A stretch of DNA of 64,000 nucleotides, taken from the NCBI GenBank assembly GCA_044226205.1, contig JBGAHL010000016.1:8208-72207 (forward strand). Reading direction: 5' to 3'. This document shows positions 25,420 through 34,745 of this stretch, piece by piece; within the stretch, counting starts at the first letter, position 1; the number at the start of each line of letters is the position of its first letter. A program made the position numbers and the translations under genes. The notes below the pieces were generated by a model. It was not told the origin of the DNA, ran no database searches, and saw only the letters and a program-made list of their open reading frames with translations. This stretch comes from Saprospiraceae bacterium (GTDB lineage Bacteria > Bacteroidota > Bacteroidia > Chitinophagales > Saprospiraceae).

Positions 25420-27816
25420 ATGCGCCCAATTTGTAACACCGTCCTGATCGCCGTTTTGTTGACGGCTGTTTTCGGCCTCTCCGCCCAGAACCTGAACATA
25501 GCTTATCGCTCCAAGCTATTTTTCCCGGAAAGAACATTATACAATGTCGGCGGTTATGCCTCGGATGGCAAGGAGTATGCCCTGGTTTGTACTGGCGAAG
25601 CGCTTGCCATCGTCGATGTTTCCAACCCGGACCAGCCCGAATGGATCACAGAGATACCCTGTTCATATTCGGTTGAGGTGAAAACCTATTCTCACTATGC
25701 GTACACGAGTGGTGATTGGAACGATGGTGTCACGATCATTGATTTGTCCGGCTTGCCAGGCTCTATCCTCGATTGGTATTTATTCGAGGGCGAAGGGGCA
25801 GTTGCTAACCAAATACCGGGTTGTCACACCCTGCATATCGATACAACCAGCGGTTATTTGTATACCTATGGCGTGGCGTTTTCCGGGGGCGCTGTGGTGT
25901 TTGATTTGAACGACGACCCCTATCACCCGGTGTTTGCCGGGAAATATGACCAATACGGCTACATACATGATGGGTTCGTGGACCATGACACCTTGTACGC
26001 TGCGCACATAAGCAGCGGCTTGTTTACCATTGTGGACATGACAGACAAATCCGCTCCGTCGGTGCTGGGCGTGCAATCTACACCCGGCAATTTTACCCAT
26101 AGCACATGGCTGACCAATGACCGGAAAACCTTGCTGACCTCAGACGAGGTAACGGGGGGCTACCTGTCTGCATTCGACGTGAGTGACCCGACTGATATTC
26201 ATTTGCTGGATAAAATCCGGGTCATGCCGCTCAATGCCACTCCGACAATCCACAATATACATGTCCGGGGCAATTTTTCGGTCAATTCCTGGTATTCGGC
26301 AGGTGTCACGATCGTGGATATTACACACCCCGACAACCTGGTGGAAGTCGGGAGATTCGATGTTTATCCATTCAGCGACGTAGCCGGGTTTGACGGGTGT
26401 TTTGGTGTTTACCCCTATTTACCCTCCGGCAATCTGCTGGCTTCCGTTATGAACAACGGGACGGGAGGCGGAGAGCTATGGGTGCTGACACCCGATTATC
26501 AGCCTGCCTGTTTCCTTACCGGTCTGGTCACCGATGCATCGTCTGGAAATCCGCTCAACGGGGTACTGACCAAACTTCAAAACGGAGAAGAAGGCACGAC
26601 ACTACATACAGGAAGCGACGGCATTTTCCGGATGGGGCAGGCCTCGGGAGGGCAGTTTAATCTAATTGTTAGCAAACCTGGCTACTGGCCTCAATCCATT
26701 CCGGTAACGCTCTCACCGTCTTTAATCGTCGATTTGAATGTTGCCCTGGTTCCTGTTCCCACGATCACCCTGAACGGTCAGGTGCTCACGGCAGACAACC
26801 AGCCTGTCCCCCAGGCCAGGGTGGCCGCCTGGGCTGTAAACGGGCTGTATTTCGAAACGGAAACGGATGAAGAAGGCAATTATCTCTTGTCGGGCGTGAG
26901 TGAAGGGACATACCACCTTGTCGCCGGCGCCTGGGGCTTTGGGTACGAGGTAAATAGTAGCGTTCAACTTGCTGATGATCAGGAAATCAATTTTCTGATT
27001 GATCGGAAATATATCGACGACTTCTTTTTTGATTACGGCTGGGAAGTAAGCGGTACTTCCCCGACCGGCATCTGGGAACGCTGCGACCCGGTTGTCGCGG
27101 CCGATGAGTCAGGGTTAGTCATTGTACCGGAAAATGATGTGCCGGTGGGCGATATTGGTAGTTTGTGCTACACTACTGGAAACGGCCCTACATCCAGCCT
27201 GAACACCGTGCACGACGGAAGCGCAATACTCCGCTCTCCTGCAATGGATTTGAGCGCTTACAGCCAGCCGGTTTTTTCCGGAAAGGTATATTTTGCCTAC
27301 GGATTTGCTGCGAACCCGGTGTTCGACTCGCTGACAATCTATATTGAAAATGGCGATACGGAAAAAGTGCTTGCCCGTTTTGGCCGGGGATTCAACTGGC
27401 AAACCCTGAATGCCGTTATGCCGGGAGACATGGCGCTGAGTTCAAACATGCGCATCCGGGTTGAATGCAATTCCACGACAGTAGCACCGTCTATAGGTCT
27501 TGAAGCCACCTTCGATCATTTTGCCGTAATGGAAGGTGCGTCAAGCCAGGTTGCTTTGCCCGACAGAAACATCTTTGTAAAAAGCAGCCCCAATCCTTTT
27601 GTTTCCAATACCCGGCTCGAATGTGTCTTGAACAACGGTGAGCATTGGCAGCTGGTCGTCCGTGACGTGCTTGGCCAAAAGGTGTGGCAAAACGAGGTGC
27701 AAGGCCCGGACTGCAGTCTCGAAATTGGAAATGACTGGCAGCCCGGTTTCTATTTCGCACGACTTGAGCAAGCCGGCCGTGTTAGCCCGGCGCTAAAAAT
27801 CGTCAAAACAAAATAA
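25420..27816 (+). CDS. LVIVD-repeat protein with CarboxypepD_reg-like, MAM/jelly-roll-like and T9SS CTD domains (paralog 3, more diverged)
   Basis: The signal peptide is MRPICNTVLIAVLLTAVFGLSAQ. The domain order matches paralog 2. The C-terminus is SSPNPFVSNTRLEC...GFYFARLEQAGRVSPALKIVKTK. GC is visibly lower than in paralogs 1 and 2. Confidence 0.8.
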   Translation: MRPICNTVLIAVLLTAVFGLSAQNLNIAYRSKLFFPERTLYNVGGYASDGKEYALVCTGEALAIVDVSNPDQPEWITEIPCSYSVEVKTYSHYAYTSGDWNDGVTIIDLSGLPGSILDWYLFEGEGAVANQIPGCHTLHIDTTSGYLYTYGVAFSGGAVVFDLNDDPYHPVFAGKYDQYGYIHDGFVDHDTLYAAHISSGLFTIVDMTDKSAPSVLGVQSTPGNFTHSTWLTNDRKTLLTSDEVTGGYLSAFDVSDPTDIHLLDKIRVMPLNATPTIHNIHVRGNFSVNSWYSAGVTIVDITHPDNLVEVGRFDVYPFSDVAGFDGCFGVYPYLPSGNLLASVMNNGTGGGELWVLTPDYQPACFLTGLVTDASSGNPLNGVLTKLQNGEEGTTLHTGSDGIFRMGQASGGQFNLIVSKPGYWPQSIPVTLSPSLIVDLNVALVPVPTITLNGQVLTADNQPVPQARVAAWAVNGLYFETETDEEGNYLLSGVSEGTYHLVAGAWGFGYEVNSSVQLADDQEINFLIDRKYIDDFFFDYGWEVSGTSPTGIWERCDPVVAADESGLVIVPENDVPVGDIGSLCYTTGNGPTSSLNTVHDGSAILRSPAMDLSAYSQPVFSGKVYFAYGFAANPVFDSLTIYIENGDTEKVLARFGRGFNWQTLNAVMPGDMALSSNMRIRVECNSTTVAPSIGLEATFDHFAVMEGASSQVALPDRNIFVKSSPNPFVSNTRLECVLNNGEHWQLVVRDVLGQKVWQNEVQGPDCSLEIGNDWQPGFYFARLEQAGRVSPALKIVKTK

Positions 27817-27822
27817 AGGGGC

Positions 27823-29355
27823 TCAAACCTCCGGCCGCATCTGTGGAAAGAACAACACTTCCTGAATGCTCGTCTGTCCCGTAAACAACATCGTCAGGCG
27901 GTCGATGCCGAAGCCGATGCCGGCCGTGGGCGGCATGCCGTATTCGAGGGCGCGCAGGAAATCATCGTCGAGGGCCATGGCTTCCTCGTCGCCGCGGGCG
28001 GCCAGGCGTAGTTGCTCCTCGAAGCGTTCGCGCTGATCGATCGGGTCGTTGAGCTCGGAGTAGGCGTTGCCCACTTCCTTGCCGTTGACGAACAACTCGA
28101 AACGCTCGACCAGCCCCGGTTTGGAGCGGTGCTTTTTGGTCAGGGGTGACATTTCCACGGGGTAATCGATCAGGAAAGTCGGCTGTATGAGGTGGGGTTC
28201 CACTTTTTCTCCGAAAATCTCGTCGATCAGTTTGGCCTTGCCCATCGTGGCGTCGATTTCGATGCCGTTTTGGCGGCAATAATTGCGCAGGGCGCTTTCG
28301 TCGGCGGTTTCCACGTTCAGGCCGGTGTATTGCTGGATGGCATCGAACATCGTCAGGCGGGTGTAGGGCCCTGCAAAATTGATGTCGTGATCGCCGACGC
28401 GCATCACGGCGCCGCCGTCGGGACTGAGGGCGCGGGCGACGCGTTCGAGCATTGTTTCGGTCACGTCCATGAGCCAGAAATAATCCTTGTAGGCGACGTA
28501 AAATTCGAGCATGGTGAACTCGGGATTGTGGGTCCGGTCCATGCCTTCGTTGCGAAACATTTTGCCCATCTCATACACCCCGTCGAAACCGCCTACGATC
28601 AGTCTTTTGAGGTATAACTCATTGGCAATCCGCATGTAAAGCGGCATGTCCAACGTGTTGTGGTGGCTTTTGAAAGGGCGTGCGGAAGCGCCGCCGTGGA
28701 TGGGTTGCAGGATGGGCGTTTCCACTTCCAGCAGGCCCAGCTCGTCGAGGTAGGCGCGGATGGTTTTGATCAGTTTGGTGCGTTTGATAAACGTCTCGCG
28801 CACTTCCGGATTGACCGTCAGATCGACGTAGCGCATGCGGTAGCGGTGCTCCGGATCGGTAAAAGCGTCGAACACGTTGCCTTCGGCATCGCGTTTGACA
28901 ATGGGCAGCGGGCGCAGGCTTTTGGACAGGAATTTGAACTCCTGCACGTGTACGGAAACCTCACCCGTTTTGGTGCGAAAAGCAAACCCGCGAATACCGA
29001 TATAATCGCCCAGATCAAGCAGTTTTTTAATGACCGTGTCGAACATCGGCGAGTTTTCATCGCCGCCGTTGATCTCCTCGCGCCGCAGATACAGTTGAAT
29101 GCGGCCGCTGGAATCCTGCATGTTCATAAACAGGGCTTTGCCCGCTTCGCGCATGGCCATGACGCGGCCGGCGAGGGCGACATCCTGGTAATTCAGGCGG
29201 TTTTTCGTGCCGTCGTCGAGCAATTCTTCCTGGTAGTTGGCTACAATATCAGCGGCATGGGCGCTCACCGGGAACATTTCGGCGGGGTAGGGGTCGATGC
29301 CCAGGGCCTGTAATTCCTTGAGTTTGTCGCGGCGGATGATTTCCTGTTCCGTCAT
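27823..29355 (-). CDS. lysS: lysine--tRNA ligase (class II)
   Basis: Start taken at MTEQEIIRRDKLKEL (Met17). Class II motifs MFRNEGMDRTHNPEFTMLEFY and GIGFGIDRLTMLF are present. Confidence 0.93.
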   Translation of the reverse strand: MTEQEIIRRDKLKELQALGIDPYPAEMFPVSAHAADIVANYQEELLDDGTKNRLNYQDVALAGRVMAMREAGKALFMNMQDSSGRIQLYLRREEINGGDENSPMFDTVIKKLLDLGDYIGIRGFAFRTKTGEVSVHVQEFKFLSKSLRPLPIVKRDAEGNVFDAFTDPEHRYRMRYVDLTVNPEVRETFIKRTKLIKTIRAYLDELGLLEVETPILQPIHGGASARPFKSHHNTLDMPLYMRIANELYLKRLIVGGFDGVYEMGKMFRNEGMDRTHNPEFTMLEFYVAYKDYFWLMDVTETMLERVARALSPDGGAVMRVGDHDINFAGPYTRLTMFDAIQQYTGLNVETADESALRNYCRQNGIEIDATMGKAKLIDEIFGEKVEPHLIQPTFLIDYPVEMSPLTKKHRSKPGLVERFELFVNGKEVGNAYSELNDPIDQRERFEEQLRLAARGDEEAMALDDDFLRALEYGMPPTAGIGFGIDRLTMLFTGQTSIQEVLFFPQMRPEV

Positions 29356-29400
29356 GGATAAAATTTTAAATAATTCGTACTGCTTGTGGTTTGGGCGGCG

Positions 29401-29408
29401 CAAAAATA
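29401..29408 (-). promoter_or_regulatory. Bacteroidota -7 box (TAttTTTG) upstream of lysS
   Basis: The reverse complement of caaaaata is TATTTTTG. It lies about 46 nt upstream of the lysS ATG. Confidence 0.35.
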
Positions 29409-29560
29409 GGCGTTCGGCTCGGGAAAACGGGCAATCGCCTCAAACGAGTTCCCCATTGTTTCCAACATCTTTATTTTTTCTTAATCACAAGCTGGTTAAA
29501 TTTAGGGCTTCAAACCCTGCATTTTTTTTAAAAACCATTGAATATCAAATTCCTCTGGAT

Positions 29561-31243
29561 ATGAGCAGACTGGCCGACATAGTTCTGGATTTGAAATCCC
29601 GTATTGGAGAAGGTATTGAGCCAGCGCTCAAATTTCTCGAGCAAATACTGTCCCCCGGGTCAGACAATTACAACGATTATATTCAGATCAAGGGCCGATA
29701 CAACAGCCTCCAGCGGGAATTGTTGCTCGGCACCCTCGATCAGGCGACCTACGACAAGGCGCGCAACGGCATCAGTCAGTCCCTGCTCGTGCTGGCCGAT
29801 ACCTTGCAGGAAGACGACCTGAAGCCGGAGGCCATTCAGCCTGCCCCCTCACCCGACAAACGCGGCGAAATTCTTTACCGTATTCCCGACCGTATGCAAA
29901 TCGGGCACGAGGAAAAGTGCGTCGTGCGGCTGGCCTGGCTCTTGGACAATTTGTTGCGCGACTGGGAAAAGTCGGAAGCCGACGTCGTCAAAAATATCCG
30001 GATGGCCGAGGTGATGGGCGTCGTGCTGCTCAATGTGGATGAAAACAACCCGTTTGCGATCCGCACCGTGACCGAGCCGGTCCAGTTTGTGGACAAGGAC
30101 GACTACACGGAATGGCTTTTTTACGTCAAACCTTTGATCGTCGGCTCCTTCCCGCTGCTGCTGCGGGTTTCCGTGATCGAAATGATCAATGGAAAAGAGT
30201 ACAAAAAAGACATCGTGCTCGAAGAGCAGATCATGGTGGTGAACGAGGAGGTTCCCCCGGTTGAAAATTTTAAAAAGGCCGACGACAGCCTTGTCGCCGG
30301 CGGCACGGAAGGCGCCCGTTCGGCGGCAGCCCCTGAGTCATCGGCCGAAGGGGATACCTCGGTGAAGGTCAAACGAAATACCGGCAAATGGCTCGGAATT
30401 GCGTTGAGCACGGTCGCGCTGGCCACCATCGGCGTCTTTGTCGGCGTGCCTTATTTCCGCGAAGAACAAGCCTGGCGCGGCGCCGTTAAAGGCGGACAAA
30501 AACGAGATTACGAGATCTTTTTGTCGCAATATCCCGATGGCTGGCGCCGACAGGATGCGCTGGACTCCCTCCGGCGTTTCCAGACTGCTGCGCCCGATAC
30601 GATTCCCGTTGCGCCGGTCGAGCCCGAGCGACCCGATTCCTCCGCAGTGATTGCCCCGCCGTCAGACGACGCTCCGCCGCCGCCTGTTGAAAAAAAGAAG
30701 GATACGCGCAAAAACCAGTCACAGACCAGCGCTCCTAAACCGGCGGAAAAGCCCAGTCGGCCCGACCCCTTGCCTTCTCGCCCTGCCAACCCCGGCCCTA
30801 CCTCCACCAGCGCAATCCCGGTGCTGAGCGGCCAGGTCACGCCGTTCGACATGTCGCCTTTTTCCGTGTTAACTGACGCCAATACCACCCTGGAAATCAA
30901 GTTCATGGAGTTCAACGAAAAAGGACAGTCGCGCGCTACCGTGTTTTTTAAAGGCAACTGGACCTTGAAACAGGGCCAGGATATGACGTTTTTGATGGAC
31001 AAAGGCCGTCAGGTGAAAACCCGCCTGGCATACGTTGCACAGAGCGCCAACAAAACGGAAGGCGCTACCGGGTACTTTTTTATGGAAAAAAAGGACCTGG
31101 AAATGCTGGCCGACCGCGGGGTGAAATCCATTCGTTTTCAGGACCTTAAAAAACCCGGGCTCAATGGCTACAACCTCAGCGACGGCGGTCGTCGCGAATT
31201 GCGACAAAAAGCCAAACGCGCCTATCAAAAACTGCCCGACTAG
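29561..31243 (+). CDS. single-pass membrane protein: helical N-terminal module, beta-rich cytoplasmic domain, TM helix, Pro-rich linker and C-terminal domain; unknown function
   Basis: Start taken at MSRLADIVLDLK (Met89 of ORF 29297..31243, which otherwise overlaps lysS). One hydrophobic helix, WLGIALSTVALATIGVFVGVPYF, is present. A Pro/Ser/Lys-rich linker of about 90 aa follows. Confidence 0.55.
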   Translation: MSRLADIVLDLKSRIGEGIEPALKFLEQILSPGSDNYNDYIQIKGRYNSLQRELLLGTLDQATYDKARNGISQSLLVLADTLQEDDLKPEAIQPAPSPDKRGEILYRIPDRMQIGHEEKCVVRLAWLLDNLLRDWEKSEADVVKNIRMAEVMGVVLLNVDENNPFAIRTVTEPVQFVDKDDYTEWLFYVKPLIVGSFPLLLRVSVIEMINGKEYKKDIVLEEQIMVVNEEVPPVENFKKADDSLVAGGTEGARSAAAPESSAEGDTSVKVKRNTGKWLGIALSTVALATIGVFVGVPYFREEQAWRGAVKGGQKRDYEIFLSQYPDGWRRQDALDSLRRFQTAAPDTIPVAPVEPERPDSSAVIAPPSDDAPPPPVEKKKDTRKNQSQTSAPKPAEKPSRPDPLPSRPANPGPTSTSAIPVLSGQVTPFDMSPFSVLTDANTTLEIKFMEFNEKGQSRATVFFKGNWTLKQGQDMTFLMDKGRQVKTRLAYVAQSANKTEGATGYFFMEKKDLEMLADRGVKSIRFQDLKKPGLNGYNLSDGGRRELRQKAKRAYQKLPD

Positions 31244-32577
31244 GGCGTTTTGACCAGTTTGACCAAAACCTGACGGCCCGCAGGGTCGGACAATTGCAAA
31301 ACGTACAAACCTGCCGGCCAGTCCTGTGCTCCGATCACCAACCGGCTCTCCGGCAAGCCGGCTGCCGACCAGACAACCGATCCGCCGGCATTCCGTACAA
31401 CGGCTTGAACGGGTGCAAACCCGGCATCGACGAGCCAGCCGCCCGCACTGGGGTTGGGTGAAACCTGCGGCGCTGCAAGTGCAGGTTCCTGATTGCTGCT
31501 GGCGCCACATTCCAGCGCGTTGAGCCGTGCCCAAAGCTGGTTGTCAAAGCCGATCGGTACGTCGTTGCCGCCAGGGCCGGTGATACTCGCCGCATTGCCC
31601 TGACGCACCACCACCCAACCTTTGGAGGGCGCCACGTGGATTTTCTGGTCGTTTTTGCCCAGCGCGGCAAACATATCGGCCGGCGCATTGGGAATCATAG
31701 GCCCTGGAAGCACCAGTTGCAGGCCCGGCAGCATGAAAGTTTGCTGCCCGTTGAGCCACCAGAGGTAGCCGTAGCTTTTGTTCAGGTCCTGCGAACTGTG
31801 TGTCATGGCGTTGAAATAGGTCTGGTCGTGCAACAAGGTGTCGCCATCCCACACCCCATGCGCCTGAATGAGCAACCCGAAGCGCGCCATATCGCGGGCA
31901 CGGCCGTACATCACGTCGGATACCCACAAACCTTTCATGCCGGTGCGGTCGAGCAGCCGGTTTTTTGTAAACTGGTTGATGGTTTGACCGCTGGCCTCGG
32001 CTATGACGTCCTGCAACAAGCGGTACGCGCCGGTATGGTAAGCCCAGCGCGTGCCCGGCGGCACGAGGTACTGGAGGCAGGAGGGGTCGGTGCAATTGTT
32101 CGGATCAGGCTCGGCGCTGGTCGGCGTATCGTCGAGACCGGTGGTCATGGTCAGCTGGTGCCGCAATGTAATGGCGGCTTCCTGCGCGGGCGTGCACGAG
32201 GTCCAGCCGACGCCCAGATAGTCTGTCGTCGGGTCATCGATGTCGAGCAGGCCTTCTTCCTGCGCCTGTCCGACGAGGAAGGCTGTGAGGGATTTTCCGG
32301 CCGAAGCCCAGTACCAGATCGAGTCCTGGACAAAGGCGCCGAAGTATTTTTCCAGCACGATTTTGCCGTCTTTCAGCAGGAGGAAAGACTTGGTATTGTT
32401 GGCTTCCAGGAACTGGTACAAGCTGTCGATCTGTTCGGGGCAAAAGCCAAGCGTCGAGGGCGATGTCGTGCTCCAGGTGTTCCCGGTTTTGGGAGGGAAG
32501 TACAAAGCGCCGGATTGCGACCAGAGCGAGGCGTTGCAGAGCAATGCGAGAAACAGCGTAAAAAAATGACGAGTCAT
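31240..32577 (-). CDS. serine hydrolase (beta-lactamase / PBP4-like family) with T9SS CTD
   Basis: A signal peptide and the S-x-x-K motif WASAGKSLTAF are present. The C-terminus VSPNPSAGGWLV...GLYVLQLSDPAGRQVLVKLVKTP is CTD-like. Confidence 0.8.
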   Translation of the reverse strand: MTRHFFTLFLALLCNASLWSQSGALYFPPKTGNTWSTTSPSTLGFCPEQIDSLYQFLEANNTKSFLLLKDGKIVLEKYFGAFVQDSIWYWASAGKSLTAFLVGQAQEEGLLDIDDPTTDYLGVGWTSCTPAQEAAITLRHQLTMTTGLDDTPTSAEPDPNNCTDPSCLQYLVPPGTRWAYHTGAYRLLQDVIAEASGQTINQFTKNRLLDRTGMKGLWVSDVMYGRARDMARFGLLIQAHGVWDGDTLLHDQTYFNAMTHSSQDLNKSYGYLWWLNGQQTFMLPGLQLVLPGPMIPNAPADMFAALGKNDQKIHVAPSKGWVVVRQGNAASITGPGGNDVPIGFDNQLWARLNALECGASSNQEPALAAPQVSPNPSAGGWLVDAGFAPVQAVVRNAGGSVVWSAAGLPESRLVIGAQDWPAGLYVLQLSDPAGRQVLVKLVKTP

Positions 32578-32698
32578 GAGCGGATCGGATGTTTGAGCCA
32601 GGGTTAGACGGGCAAGCCACGGCGAGGTTTAGCGTGCCGAGGCACAAAAATCAAAGCAGGGGCGGATTAGGGCTTTTTTGAAAAATATTCACCCTGAA

Positions 32699-32732
32699 TA
32701 AAAAAGCCCGGCAACGCATTGGTTGCCAGGCT
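32699..32732 (-). terminator. rho-independent terminator (minus strand) after the adenylate cyclase gene
   Basis: On the minus strand a stem gcctggcaac/gttgccgggc (one G-U pair) is followed by a T-run (plus-strand A-run 32700-32705). Confidence 0.5.
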
Positions 32733-32863
32733 TATCCATTTTTTCAACTATTTGGGAATACCCGTACAGGTTAGTTTAGTTCAGTCAGTATCACAGGTTT
32801 GACAGTACAAAATTACGGGTTCCTACCGAGTCTTTCCTTAGAACGAAATTAGAATGTAGTTGT

Positions 32864-34399
32864 TCAGTTTTCGACAAAATACATATCGATTTCGCCCTTG
32901 TTTTTGGCCGGGATCTTGCCCCGGTATTTGCAGGGAACATAGTTTTTGAGCACTTCGTAAGCTTCCCCTGAAATATTGATCCGGCCGCCTTCGCCGGCCT
33001 GTTCGATCCGTGCGGCAATGTTGACGGTGTCGCCCCAGATGTCGAACGCGAATTTTTTGGACCCGACGACACCTGCCACCACGGGGCCGCGATGGATGCC
33101 GATGCGGGCGTCGAAGCGCGGCAAACCTTTGGCTTGCCGGATGGCATTCCAGTCGGCCAGCCAGGTTTGCATGGCGCGCGCGGCATCCACCATGTTGCGC
33201 AGGTGGTTGTCGTTGCTGTCCGGAATGCCGCCGGCGCACATGTAGGCATCGCCGATGGTTTTGATTTTTTCAAGTCCGTATCGGGCGATTATTTCATCAA
33301 AAGCCTGAAAACAGGTGTCGAGTTCAGTCACGAGTTGTTGCGGGGTGAGTTGCTCCGTGATTTTGCTAAAACCCACAAAATCAGCAAACAACACGCTGAC
33401 ATCTTCGAAATAGCGGGCATTGGTGCGCCCCATTTTTTTCAATTCGTCGGCTACAAGGGCGGGCAACACGTTGAGCAGCAGGTTCTCGGAACGTTGTTGC
33501 TCTTCCCGTATGATGTTGTTTTTTTCGGCCAGGATACGGGCATTCTGGCGGGCGCGAATAAAGCCGAATGCGGCGCCGCCGGCCAGCAGCAGCAGAATAC
33601 CCATGATGGCATAGTTAAACCGGCGATTGCTTTCCGCTTCGCGGAGCGCCAGGTTCCAGTTGCTCAGCGACATGGAGTCGAGTTTGCTCCGGTAGGAGAG
33701 CGAGTCGAGCATTTGACGGGTCTGGAGCAGCAAAAATTCATTCTTGATCTGGGTCTCGGTCATCTCGCTGATGGCGGCTTCCTTGGCAGCGAGCTGGGCT
33801 TGCAGTTCCTTACTTTCATCCAGCAGCTTTTGCTCCCGCTCGTCGGTCGACGTAATGATCACATTGGAACCTGAAAATGCAGACTGACCGCCGCTGCCGG
33901 TGTGGGCGGAGCCGCCGCCTTTGAGTTGTTCGATACGGGCGTCGAGTTCCACGACCTCGCCATTTCGGCCGGCGCGCAGGGCGAGTGCCCGCAGGTTTTC
34001 AAGATTGTCGAGCGCCAGGGTGCGGTTGTTGATGCCCGATTCGCGGAGAATGTCGGCGCTAAGTCGAAACTTCGGCGCCGCGCGTTCTTTGTTGCCGAAA
34101 AGGCCGCCGCGTTTGTCGGCTTTCATCAAGGCCTTGCCCTGGAGGTTGAGGGCGAGGGCGCGTTGTTCGGGGCGTTTCAATCGCCGGGCCATGTCGGCGG
34201 TATTTTCGGCCCACTCAATGGCCTTTTCCATGTTGCCGGCATTGAAATAGGCATTGGCGACGATCAGCATCTTGTCCACCCGCGCAGGGCCGGAGGTGCC
34301 GTTAGCATCGTTTTCCAGATCGATAATTGACGTTGATTGTGCCGTAACAAATTGACAGACAACGAACAGGAGGGAGAGGGAGACAAAAAATGATTTCAT
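32864..34399 (-). CDS. class III adenylate/guanylate cyclase with an N-terminal TPR-like periplasmic region and a TM helix
   Basis: Start taken at MKSFFVSLSLLFVVCQFVTAQ. Cyclase blocks are VLFADFVGFS, KTIGDAYMCAGG, RIGIHRGPVVAGVVG and FDIWGDTVNIAARIE. Confidence 0.85.
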   Translation of the reverse strand: MKSFFVSLSLLFVVCQFVTAQSTSIIDLENDANGTSGPARVDKMLIVANAYFNAGNMEKAIEWAENTADMARRLKRPEQRALALNLQGKALMKADKRGGLFGNKERAAPKFRLSADILRESGINNRTLALDNLENLRALALRAGRNGEVVELDARIEQLKGGGSAHTGSGGQSAFSGSNVIITSTDEREQKLLDESKELQAQLAAKEAAISEMTETQIKNEFLLLQTRQMLDSLSYRSKLDSMSLSNWNLALREAESNRRFNYAIMGILLLLAGGAAFGFIRARQNARILAEKNNIIREEQQRSENLLLNVLPALVADELKKMGRTNARYFEDVSVLFADFVGFSKITEQLTPQQLVTELDTCFQAFDEIIARYGLEKIKTIGDAYMCAGGIPDSNDNHLRNMVDAARAMQTWLADWNAIRQAKGLPRFDARIGIHRGPVVAGVVGSKKFAFDIWGDTVNIAARIEQAGEGGRINISGEAYEVLKNYVPCKYRGKIPAKNKGEIDMYFVEN

Positions 34400-34745
34400 T
34401 GGCAAATTTCGTGCAGGCGATGTGCCAGACATTGAGGCGACGAAGGTAATTGTACTGTGAGTGTTGCGGTTCAGGAATTTCTATTCCTGCCAAAACAGGA
34501 CTTTTTGGGAGGTTTCGGTTGGGGTTTTTATCTTGATATGCAATTAAAAAAAATCTGATTTGTATCGAAATTCAGGAAAATACAGGCTGTGATGGCCAGT
34601 AGTTTTGTTGCAAAAATGTTGCCATGAAACACTTTTTCTGGTTCTCCTGATATTTTTTCTGCATACAAATTTGCGCCTCTGGTCCGGGTGTTCTCAGGTC
34701 TGGGCGCGAGCCGCGTAAAAGGAAAGTTAGAAATCGTGCCCATCC

